Part shown: positions 42,232-50,780 of the stretch, one piece after another | Position numbering within the stretch: position 1 is the first letter of the stretch | How the letters are laid out: each line of letters begins with the position of its first letter | Assembly: GCA_965209055.1 (NCBI GenBank) | Contig: OZ242374.1 | Location: 2,464,001-2,528,000, forward strand | Source of the DNA: Acidobacteriota bacterium | GTDB lineage: Bacteria; Acidobacteriota; UBA6911; RPQK01; JAJDTT01 | Length of the DNA stretch: 64,000 nucleotides | Reading direction: 5' to 3' | Made by a program: the position numbers and the translations under genes | The notes under the pieces: model-generated | What the model was told of the DNA's origin: nothing | Seen by the model: only the letters and a program-made list of their open reading frames with translations | Database searches by the model: none

Positions 42232-42576
42232 TTAACATAGCCGAGCTGAAAACCTATGCCATTTTCAGTTACAGCTATTCGTGGCTAGACTTTAAGAGTG
42301 CCGCCGCGCGGTCGGGCGTTTCGTCTGAGATATACGTAGCAACTCATCTTATAACGGAATGGGAAGATCCGTATCGAACTGCGACTGAGCTTAATAGGCC
42401 CATGGCAATAGAAATCGTAGACAACTACATCGCTAAATCTACACCCCTGCCAACATGGATGTCAGCGAAAATCGCAGGCCACAGACAACGGACGTCGGTT
42501 GTCGCGCAACCAGGTCGAATCGGTGAAGACAGATGATTCGTAATCGAATTGAGTTACGGCCGACGTATCAACGTGG

Positions 42577-43620
42577 GTGGGCTCATACCGTAACAATGAG
42601 TTAGGAGATACCATGCTCGGATTCCTGTTAATGTCTGCCACCATTGTATTTTCAGTCGGAGTGCTGGGAGCTTCATCGAGTGCCTCGACGGTAAGTTCAA
42701 TCGGTATAGAATCAATGTGTGCTGGCGACTTGTTCGCTTGGACTGGGGCGATTCAGAAATTCCAATCTGGACTGCTTGTGCTCGATCAGACAAATCACAG
42801 AATTGTTGTTGTGGGCAATGATGGAACAGCCAAGAATCAGTTCGGGGAGATCGGTCAAGGATACGGGGATCTATTGTTTCCTGAGGCGTTAGCGACGGAC
42901 ACTCATGGGCGCATTTATGTTGTGGACCATGGAAGTTCCTTTATCAAGATTCTTAACGTCGATGGCCAACCGATCACGAGATTTCCTATCGACACTTTCG
43001 TTGATAGCGTGACAGTAAATAGCCGTGGGCACATTCTCGCCAACACACCAAGAAAGGGAAGAATCGTTACCGTATATTCTTTTGACGGGGCTGAGATCAC
43101 GCGCTTTGGGGGACTGATGCCTCTAGATCTGGCGTATCCGGATCAAAACAATGAAGGCAATACAGAACACTGGACAATTCCACTGTCACGGGCGCATGTA
43201 GCAGTTGGTCCAGAAGACGAGATATATGTTGTCTTTAGACATGTGCCGATTGTCCGGAAATACTCCTCTTCAGCTAAGTTATTGTGGGAACACCGCATGA
43301 TGGGAGGGCCGATAGATTCACTCGTGAAGACATTTTGGTCGGAACCCGACTCCATACCTACCACGTCCGCCCGTAACGTGGATGGAGTTCAGTTGAGCAA
43401 CATAGTTATGGACGTTAGTCTGAGCGGTCACGATAATCTGGTGGTCTTGCTTGCTAATGGCGCCTTGTGCGCAATTGATCCTGAGGGGCGTCAGTTGTTA
43501 CTAGCCAAGCTTACGGGCGCCGCTCCACGTGTATATCGCAGTATAACAATCGTCCGGAACTCGTTGGTTCTGGTCGATAGGAGCACATGTTATCGCAGCA
43601 CAACACCCATCGAATTCTGA
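42577..43620 (+). CDS. Exported NHL-repeat / 6-bladed beta-propeller protein
   Basis: Signal peptide; FGEIGQGYGDLLFPEALATDTHGRIYVVD NHL unit; the start could be 42613. Confidence 0.8.
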   Translation: MGSYRNNELGDTMLGFLLMSATIVFSVGVLGASSSASTVSSIGIESMCAGDLFAWTGAIQKFQSGLLVLDQTNHRIVVVGNDGTAKNQFGEIGQGYGDLLFPEALATDTHGRIYVVDHGSSFIKILNVDGQPITRFPIDTFVDSVTVNSRGHILANTPRKGRIVTVYSFDGAEITRFGGLMPLDLAYPDQNNEGNTEHWTIPLSRAHVAVGPEDEIYVVFRHVPIVRKYSSSAKLLWEHRMMGGPIDSLVKTFWSEPDSIPTTSARNVDGVQLSNIVMDVSLSGHDNLVVLLANGALCAIDPEGRQLLLAKLTGAAPRVYRSITIVRNSLVLVDRSTCYRSTTPIEF

Positions 43621-43742
43621 CGTAGTACCGTCTCCCATGAGGAGAAAATATGAAGATCAAGGATGCTGTTGCTAGAAGTCCCCCGCCCTCGCTATGGATA
43701 GAGAGGTTTATCATTCATGCTTTGACGAAGGAGGATAAGATC

Positions 43743-43955
43743 ATGTATTCCATTCCGCGAAAACTGGGAACTGTTTCGTATCTGGCGGTGTGTGTATGTA
43801 TGTTGGTGGTGGGAGCCGCACGGACCAATTCTATCTTGGCTTCCTTTTGTTCTGTCAACTGTTCAGATGGCAGCAGTTGTTCAATTTCATGTAGTAATAA
43901 CGCCAATTGTGGTTGCAGTTGGTGGTCGGGCGCCTACTGTTATTGTGACAGCTAA
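43743..43955 (+). CDS. Small secreted cysteine-rich peptide (70 aa)
   Basis: Strong AAGGAGG RBS; signal peptide followed by SFCSVNCSDGSSCSISCSNNANCGCSWWSGAYCYCDS (8 Cys). Confidence 0.8.
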   Translation: MYSIPRKLGTVSYLAVCVCMLVVGAARTNSILASFCSVNCSDGSSCSISCSNNANCGCSWWSGAYCYCDS

Positions 43956-43983
43956 CGACAGCAGCACTACACCGGCATGACAG

Positions 43984-44021
43984 GTGCGGCGGCGGCGATG
44001 CATCGTTCGCCGCCGCCGCAC
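43984..44021 (+). terminator. Perfect 15-bp GC hairpin after the peptide gene (terminator or mRNA stabiliser)
   Basis: GTGCGGCGGCGGCGA-8 nt-TCGCCGCCGCCGCAC; no U-tract. Confidence 0.6.
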
Positions 44022-44085
44022 GTAGCCTAGTGTTCGCACAGGTAGCGAGTTCGGTATTTTGGTCGAAGCAACGGAGCTCGGATCC

Positions 44086-44547
44086 ATGAAGATATATCGA
44101 CGGTCTCCGATCATATTTGGTGTGCTGGCAGTAGCATTGAGTGGGGGGATAACGGTGTTGGTTATGCTCCTCCTGCAGGGTGACGGGCCACATTTGTCAT
44201 TTGATGAGAGGGTTGTCGATTTTGGCACTTTCAATCATGACAGTAAGATCGAACACAAATTCTCTTTTACAAACCGGGGCGATGCGACCCTGAAGATACT
44301 ACGTGTAGTGAGCGACTGTGGTTGCACGGTATCCACGGTAACCTCCAGGCGGTTGGCTCCGGGGGCCTCCGGAGCGATAACTGTTGCCGTCGAGCCACCA
44401 ATCAACGCTCCTGCCTATATAAATGCTCCCGAATCCGAAACTGTGTGGAGAGAGGTCCGGGTGTTCAGTAACGATCCCCAGGAACCATTGCAAGTGTTAG
44501 TGCTCAAAGGTGAGATGGATCGTCGGGATCCTTCTCTTTCTAAATGA
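44086..44547 (+). CDS. DUF1573 (Ig-like) domain membrane-anchored protein
   Basis: FTNRGDATLKI..V.SDCGCT......LAPGASG.I.V. Confidence 0.85.
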   Translation: MKIYRRSPIIFGVLAVALSGGITVLVMLLLQGDGPHLSFDERVVDFGTFNHDSKIEHKFSFTNRGDATLKILRVVSDCGCTVSTVTSRRLAPGASGAITVAVEPPINAPAYINAPESETVWREVRVFSNDPQEPLQVLVLKGEMDRRDPSLSK

Positions 44548-44574
44548 TCTGCAACCGTAATGGGAGGCTGACGA

Positions 44575-46140
44575 GTGAATATAGGTTGGGTTAAAACAGT
44601 GCTCAGGACAGGTTGGATATCGGGCTTCTGCCTGGTCGTACTGTTCGGACTTTTGGTCCGGACATACAATCTTGGTGAGGCCGGACTATCGTGCAACGAA
44701 TTCGTAACCATACTCACATCACTTCGAGAGGATAGGGAGATAGGCAGCCAATCCAATACACCGTTCACACCAATAACTCTAGATCACGCGGCGGCCACCG
44801 TTACGCCGAGCTCAGATTCCGGAATGCTCAGTGTCGCCGAAGCTGCTAGAGAGAAATGGCAGTTGCCTATGTATTTCTGGATGATGAATGGATGGATTAA
44901 ATTATTCGGAAACTCAGAATTGAGCATCAGGCTGCCTGCGGCACTTATGGGGTCCTTCTCTATCGTCCTAGTGTTTTTGATTTGCAGGCTCATTTTCGAC
45001 ATACGAGTTGCGATTCTTGCTGCTCTCTCCGTCTCCGTCCTGGCAGGTCACATTGAGTTGTCACGAGAAGCGACTTCGCATGTGTTCCTTCTGGGAGTAA
45101 TCCTAGCATCGACATTCTTGGTGCTTGTTTCATGCTTCCAGTCAGCGTCACGTGTTGCATTCGGCGCATACTTGATTACTTCGATCATTGGCATGTTTAC
45201 ACATTATCTCTATCTCCCATACGCTGCCTGTCATGTGATGATCATGCTCTATGGCCTTCGGATGCCAAAGTCACCCATTAATACACTGAAAGCATCGGTA
45301 TCCGTAATAGTATTTTTACTCGGGGTTGTTGGCGTATGCATTATGACACCCTTGTACAGTTCTACGCCATGGCAACATTTGGCACCATTGAAATCGGATA
45401 GTTACATTTACGATGTAGGTAGTGGGGCAGTGGGCGTGATATGGTCCAAGGGCCTGCCCCTTCTCGCAAACTCGTTTGACATTGTTGTCGCGATTACTCT
45501 TATTGTTGTGTCTTTTCGGCTTCTTTCCAAAAGAGAGTCCTCTGCCGTAGTCTTAGGTCTGTGGTTTGCAATACCATTGATCGTTGTTGCGGCGTTGGAT
45601 TTTACCAGTGGGACTGGATTCTTGGGATTGCCGGAATTGTGGATGATACTCGGTTTTCCCGTTCTGCTGGTCATTGCATCGGGCATGGATTGGCTGTTCA
45701 ATAAACCGCTAGGTAGGGAGGCATTGATAGTGTATCTTTCTTGTCTTACCGCTAGTGGCCTGTGGGTCCATGTCAGCGCAACGGATGGACAAGTTGACCA
45801 GCATCGGCAGTTGACGGAGTTTATTGAATCCGTCACGGATACAAATAGCGATGACATCACAATTGTAGAAGGCGGTGAAATCGCCAAGGGAGCAATCGCC
45901 TATTATGCCCGGAGAAATCTGACTATGAAGATATGGGAACCAAACACATTGATGTCACCGTCGAGTTCTGAACTTGATGAGTTTCTTTTGCCCGCTGCCA
46001 TGCGAGGTGCGAAAATTCGATTGGTCACTTTCGGGAATAGCGACGGTAACATAAGACGCCGGGTGGAAGAAGTGGGATTTCGGACCACTGGAGACGACAG
46101 GCGATTTGGCCATGTAAATGTCTATCAATATACATGGTGA
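44575..46140 (+). CDS. GT-C glycosyltransferase (ArnT/PMT, family 39-like)
   Basis: PMYFWMM..WIKLFGNSELSIRLPAALMG, many TMs, FTHY. Confidence 0.8.
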   Translation: MNIGWVKTVLRTGWISGFCLVVLFGLLVRTYNLGEAGLSCNEFVTILTSLREDREIGSQSNTPFTPITLDHAAATVTPSSDSGMLSVAEAAREKWQLPMYFWMMNGWIKLFGNSELSIRLPAALMGSFSIVLVFLICRLIFDIRVAILAALSVSVLAGHIELSREATSHVFLLGVILASTFLVLVSCFQSASRVAFGAYLITSIIGMFTHYLYLPYAACHVMIMLYGLRMPKSPINTLKASVSVIVFLLGVVGVCIMTPLYSSTPWQHLAPLKSDSYIYDVGSGAVGVIWSKGLPLLANSFDIVVAITLIVVSFRLLSKRESSAVVLGLWFAIPLIVVAALDFTSGTGFLGLPELWMILGFPVLLVIASGMDWLFNKPLGREALIVYLSCLTASGLWVHVSATDGQVDQHRQLTEFIESVTDTNSDDITIVEGGEIAKGAIAYYARRNLTMKIWEPNTLMSPSSSELDEFLLPAAMRGAKIRLVTFGNSDGNIRRRVEEVGFRTTGDDRRFGHVNVYQYTW

Positions 46141-46225
46141 TATGCCGTGCGTTCGAACGAGTCCGTTGTCCGATCACCCTGTAAGCGCAACATTCACGAG
46201 TAGGAATTTCAGGAGTAGCAGGGCC

Positions 46226-47053
46226 ATGAAAGTAAATGGAACAGTATCCCCGGAACGTAAAGTGGCGATTGTTGGGTTCGCGCCGACAACGAGGCATCAA
46301 GCACCGTTTTTCGACGATGAGTTCGAGATATGGGGGTTGAACGAATTGTACATGTTCATCCCTCGATTTGACAGGTGGTTTGAGATGCATAGGCGTGACG
46401 AATTTGAGAATAGCATAAGAAACAATCGGCACTTGGAGTGGTTGAGGAAGTGTAAGAAACCTATCTATATGCAGGAGCATTTCGATGATATTCCGGGATC
46501 GATTGAATATCCGAAGGAGCGAATGGTCAAGGCCTTTGGAAACTACTTTCGTAGCACTTTCAATTATATGCTGGCCTTGGCAATTGATGAGCAATTCACT
46601 CATATTCACCTATACGGGATTGATTTGATAAGCAAGGGTGAATACATTGAGCAGCGGCCGAGTGGAGAGTACTTTTTGGGTATAGCAAAAGGTAGAGGCA
46701 TTGAAGTCCGTGTTCCCCCCGACTCGTCCCTTCTGAGGGAGGGTGCGTATGGATACGATCAGTATACTGTGGCGGAACAATACGAGATCCGGTTAAACGA
46801 GCTGACAATTCGCAAGCGGAAACTGGAAGGTGATCTCAATCAGGTCATGGGTTCTATTGGAGAATGCCAAGGGCAAACGAAGGTTGGGGCTCCGGGTGTA
46901 TCGTCGGTTACGCAGCTACTGAAGTTGTCGTTAAGTAGTAAACTGCGGCTGAGGATCGAGGCGTTACAGGACCAGCATCGCGTCTTGGCAGCGGAACTCA
47001 ATGTTGTCCTGGGTGCAATTAATGAGTGTAAGTATTGGATGTCACGAGGATAG
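46226..47053 (+). CDS. Hypothetical protein, sialyltransferase/Maf-like fold with coiled-coil tail
   Basis: KVAIVG, IWGLN, YMLALAI....HIHLYGIDL pattern; AGGAG RBS. Confidence 0.55.
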   Translation: MKVNGTVSPERKVAIVGFAPTTRHQAPFFDDEFEIWGLNELYMFIPRFDRWFEMHRRDEFENSIRNNRHLEWLRKCKKPIYMQEHFDDIPGSIEYPKERMVKAFGNYFRSTFNYMLALAIDEQFTHIHLYGIDLISKGEYIEQRPSGEYFLGIAKGRGIEVRVPPDSSLLREGAYGYDQYTVAEQYEIRLNELTIRKRKLEGDLNQVMGSIGECQGQTKVGAPGVSSVTQLLKLSLSSKLRLRIEALQDQHRVLAAELNVVLGAINECKYWMSRG

Positions 47054-47212
47054 ATGTGCCACGTAGTCGGACGGAGTATCTGCAAAGTTGTGAGAATGAG
47101 TGAGCCAAGGATAAAATGTACGCGGCCGTATCCGGCGGGGAAAGGGAGAAACCTGACGGGGGTGGTTGCTGGTGAGGGGTATGTACACAAGTGTGAAAGG
47201 GTGAAGAGCTTG

Positions 47213-47923
47213 ATGAAACCGATTTGCGTGGTTCCGGCTAGGGGCGGGTCTAAGCGACTTCCTCGAAAGAACATAATTGAGCTGGCGGGTAAGCCATTGG
47301 TGGCGTGGGTCATTGGCGCCGCGAGGAGATCCGGCATATTTGCTCATGTATATGTTTCGACCGAAGATGACGAAATCAAGGCGGTTGCCGAGCGTTATGG
47401 CGCGGAGGTCCCGTTCCGACGACCGCGAGACTTGGCGAATGATTCGGTCAGTGCCATAAAAGCAGCTGCACATATGGCTGACACGCTACGCAAGATGGGA
47501 GAAAGGTTTGGAACAGTTTGCGTCAGTGCACCGACCGTACCGCTATTGACGGCAAGAGAGTTTTGCTTCGCCTATGAAATGTTTCGGTCGAGTGGGGCGG
47601 ATGTTCTGTACAGCGTGTGCAAGATGGAAGAGCCACCGCAGTGGGCTCTCAGGCGCAGTGGTAGATGGCTTACACCTTTATTTGACGGCGACAGTTTCGA
47701 AAAGGAGTCGCAAGACCTCGAACCTGCTTACCGAATAGTCGGAGGAATCCAGTTTTTCCGTGCGGATCATCTCAGGCGGAACAGCAATACGTACATAGCC
47801 GATAAAATGATCGGTTACGTGATTGGGCCGGAGATAGGAGTGGAAATCGACACAGCGGAGGATTTACGCAAAGCGCACTATTATCTTCAGCGGCGGGCGT
47901 CGAGGGAGATTGGGTCGATGTGA
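47213..47923 (+). CDS. Acylneuraminate cytidylyltransferase (NeuA/PseF family)
   Basis: VPARGGSKRLPRKNI, VSTED, RPRDLAND, EIDTAEDL. Confidence 0.9.
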   Translation: MKPICVVPARGGSKRLPRKNIIELAGKPLVAWVIGAARRSGIFAHVYVSTEDDEIKAVAERYGAEVPFRRPRDLANDSVSAIKAAAHMADTLRKMGERFGTVCVSAPTVPLLTAREFCFAYEMFRSSGADVLYSVCKMEEPPQWALRRSGRWLTPLFDGDSFEKESQDLEPAYRIVGGIQFFRADHLRRNSNTYIADKMIGYVIGPEIGVEIDTAEDLRKAHYYLQRRASREIGSM

Positions 47924-48071
47924 TGGAATCGCTATGGAGGCGGCGAGTCCATCTGATTTCTGGTGATGAGGGAGAACATGTGTGCTGAAGGCGAGCCTGA
48001 CCGGCGAGAGCGTGTCTAAAGCAGTTTGCTTCCTGGAGGGGGGTGAAGACGTCGGGCTGGAACCTCACACC

Positions 48072-49385
48072 CTACGCCACGGGCAACACTAGCACTGCTC
48101 TGCAGCCCGGCGCCTGCTTCCGGTTGGTCAGGCTAAGGGAGCCGCCGTGGGCTTCGGCGATCTGCCGGGCCAGGACCAGACCGATGCCACTCCCCTGGGG
48201 TTTGGTTGTGAAGAATGGGACGAACAGGTTGGCGGTGTTGGCCAGGCCTTTTCCCTCGTCCTCAACGTAGACTTCCAATTGTTCGCCGACCCGCCTCCAG
48301 CCGATGCTAGCGCCCCCTCCGGTTTCCGATGCCGCGTCAACCGCATTGTGAACCAGATTGATCAGCAACTGCTCCAATTGATCCGGGTCAGCGGGGAATA
48401 GGACCGGTGGCCCGGCGCGAACCACGACCGGCATCCGGGTCTCTAGGCCCACGACCTTCCGGACGGAGTCTTCGATGGAAACCGGGCGCTTGTCCGGGGC
48501 CGGTAACCGGGCGAGCCGGGAGTAGGCACCCATGAACCGGCTCAGAGCCTGGGCCCGCGAGGAAATGACGCGCAGACCTTCCCGCAGGTCATGTTCCCGG
48601 TCCGAATTCGAGATGTCCTGCTCCAAAATGGATTCGAGACTCCCGGCGATGGACTTGATGGGGGTCAGCGAGTTGTTCAATTCATGTCCCAAAACCCGGA
48701 TCAGCCGGCGCCAGGCCTGCCGCTCCTCCTCTCGGAGCGTCTGGTTCAAATCCGTCAGGACCACCAGGTGATGGGGCCGACCCTCCTCGCGAAACACGAT
48801 CCGGTGCATTCCCCAGCGGCCGCTCCCCCCGGGCAATTGGATTTGGAGCGTCTGGACCGGGTCTCCTTTCAAGCAGTCCTTCAGTTTCAGCTCAGCCGCT
48901 GACTTGCCCAACGCTTGGTCTCCCGGAATTCCTAGGAGTCTCTGCCCGGCTCGGTTGATGAGTCGCAGGCACCATCCGTCATCGAACGCGAAGACCGCAA
49001 CGTCGATCTCCTTCATCACCTTCTGCAGCAGGGCGGCCGCCTCGACCGCTCCCAGGCGTTGTCGCCGTAGGACCTCACCCAGAATGTTCAGTTCCGCGGC
49101 AAACTCGCCCAGTCCCTTGTCGGTCCCACTCCGGGCCCGGATGGAGAAGTCCCCTTCTCGAATCGCCGATACCACGTTGGCCAGTGTCTGAAACTGAAAC
49201 GTCAACTTCCGATACAGTAGGATCAGGCCGCCTGACAGGGCTCCCACGGCCAGCAGCGAGAGGCCGTAACGCACTCGGGGATCGTGATCGCCGGTCCAGA
49301 GCAGGACCAGTAGCGCGGCACAGGAGGGGAGGCCGGCGGCAAGAGAGATCAAGATGATCCGCGCCTGAAAGCCCAGCCGATTCAT
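48072..49385 (-). CDS. Sensor histidine kinase (TM-HAMP-PAS-HisKA-HATPase)
   Basis: HELNNSLTPI, QLLINLVHNA, DEGKG, FVPFFTTK, GSGIGL. Confidence 0.9.
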   Translation of the reverse strand: MNRLGFQARIILISLAAGLPSCAALLVLLWTGDHDPRVRYGLSLLAVGALSGGLILLYRKLTFQFQTLANVVSAIREGDFSIRARSGTDKGLGEFAAELNILGEVLRRQRLGAVEAAALLQKVMKEIDVAVFAFDDGWCLRLINRAGQRLLGIPGDQALGKSAAELKLKDCLKGDPVQTLQIQLPGGSGRWGMHRIVFREEGRPHHLVVLTDLNQTLREEERQAWRRLIRVLGHELNNSLTPIKSIAGSLESILEQDISNSDREHDLREGLRVISSRAQALSRFMGAYSRLARLPAPDKRPVSIEDSVRKVVGLETRMPVVVRAGPPVLFPADPDQLEQLLINLVHNAVDAASETGGGASIGWRRVGEQLEVYVEDEGKGLANTANLFVPFFTTKPQGSGIGLVLARQIAEAHGGSLSLTNRKQAPGCRAVLVLPVA

Positions 49386-50752
49386 AGCCCGAGTTTTTCT
49401 ATGCGCCGGTAGAGGGCGGTTCGGCTCAGCCCCAAGCTTCGAGCGGCGTGGCTCACGTTGCCGCCGACGCGGGCCAGCACCTTGCCGATCAGGACGCCTT
49501 CGGCTTCCTCCAGGGTCATCATCTCCAGCGGATTCGAATCGGGCGAGTCCGCAGGGAGGCTCAGATCCTCCACCGAAATGGAGGACTCCCGGGCAAGTAG
49601 GACGGAGCGCTCCACCACGTGACTGAGTTCCCGGACGTTTCCCGGCCACGAGTAGTGAGCCAGTGCCGCCAGTGCCGGTTCGCCGAATCCTTCCAGATTC
49701 CTCCGGTATTTCTGGTTGTATCGGCCCAGGAAGTGGTTGGCCAACAGAAGGATGTCCTCGCCCCGGTCCCGGAGTGGTGGCAGGTGGATCTCCACTGTGT
49801 TGAGACGAAACAGGAGATCCTCCCGAAACCGGCCGCGGTTCACCTCCTGCTTCAGGTCGGCGTTGGTGGCCGACAGCACCCGCACGTCAACGTTTCTGGT
49901 TCGGGAGGAGCCGACTCGCTGCATCTCTCCGCTTTCCAGGACCCGGAGGAGGTTGGCCTGTTGGCTCACGGGAATGCTGGTGACCTCGTCCAAAAGCAGC
50001 GTTCCTCCGTCGGCCAGCTCGAAGCGGCCGATTCGATCGGTACGGGCGTCGGTGAAGGCGCCCTTGACGTGGCCGAACATCTCGCTGACGAAGACACCTT
50101 CAGAGAGTCCTCCCAGATTGACGGCTACAAGAGGCATTGAGGCGCGAGCGGAGACCGAATGCAGAGTTCGGGCCACCACTTCCTTGCCGGTGCCGTGGTC
50201 TCCTGTGATCAGCACGTGGGCGTCGGAGGGTCCTACCCGGGTGATCAGATCAAGGACGGGCCGCATGACCCGCGACTGTGTGATCAGACGAACGTTTTGC
50301 CGAGAGCGTAGGACCCGGTTCTCCTCCTCCAGACGGCGGCCTAGCCGTAGCGCCCGCCGAATTTCGATCTGGCTCTTCAAGACTATGAGCAGTCGCTCGT
50401 TCTCCCAGGGTTTCGGAATGAAGTCCCGCGCACCGCGCCGCATGGCTTCCACAGCCAGGTCGATTGTGCCCCACGCGGTCATAACGACCACGCGCAGCGA
50501 GCTGTCCACCGACAGCAACTGCGTCAGAAGATCGAGTCCCTCCCGGCCCGAAGTCGTGTCCCGAGCATAGTTCATGTCCATCAGAACGACATCGAGGTCG
50601 AGACGCCGCGCGCACTCCAGGATACGGTCCGGAGTGTCGGCGGTGGTGATTTCGTAGCCCTCGCTCTTTAGCAGGAGGCGGAGGGAAAGGAGCACGTCGG
50701 CCTGATCGTCGGCGATCAGAACGCGGGGTCTTTTGGAACGGGTATTTGTCAT
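49382..50752 (-). CDS. Sigma54-dependent NtrC-family response regulator
   Basis: REC domain, GDHGTGKE, GAFTDA loop, WPGNVREL, Fis-type HTH. Confidence 0.95.
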   Translation of the reverse strand: MTNTRSKRPRVLIADDQADVLLSLRLLLKSEGYEITTADTPDRILECARRLDLDVVLMDMNYARDTTSGREGLDLLTQLLSVDSSLRVVVMTAWGTIDLAVEAMRRGARDFIPKPWENERLLIVLKSQIEIRRALRLGRRLEEENRVLRSRQNVRLITQSRVMRPVLDLITRVGPSDAHVLITGDHGTGKEVVARTLHSVSARASMPLVAVNLGGLSEGVFVSEMFGHVKGAFTDARTDRIGRFELADGGTLLLDEVTSIPVSQQANLLRVLESGEMQRVGSSRTRNVDVRVLSATNADLKQEVNRGRFREDLLFRLNTVEIHLPPLRDRGEDILLLANHFLGRYNQKYRRNLEGFGEPALAALAHYSWPGNVRELSHVVERSVLLARESSISVEDLSLPADSPDSNPLEMMTLEEAEGVLIGKVLARVGGNVSHAARSLGLSRTALYRRIEKLGL

Positions 50753-50780
50753 CTGGTTCGTTCGTCACGGCGGCAGACAG

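Larger units (their letters stand above)
40264..42536 (+). pseudogene. Membrane-anchored redoxin/thioredoxin-fold protein interrupted by IS5
   Basis: N-terminal TM, GSPVPEI...FYRANCTSC (CxxC); removing the IS and one TTAA restores a single frame (..ERTGI-NIAELK..GEDR*). Confidence 0.75.

Noticed and set aside
43743-43955. Ranthipeptide, sactipeptide, lanthipeptide or metallothionein
   Set aside because: No radical SAM, LanB/C/M or YcaO gene in the window; the Sec-type signal and redoxin neighbour favour disulfides
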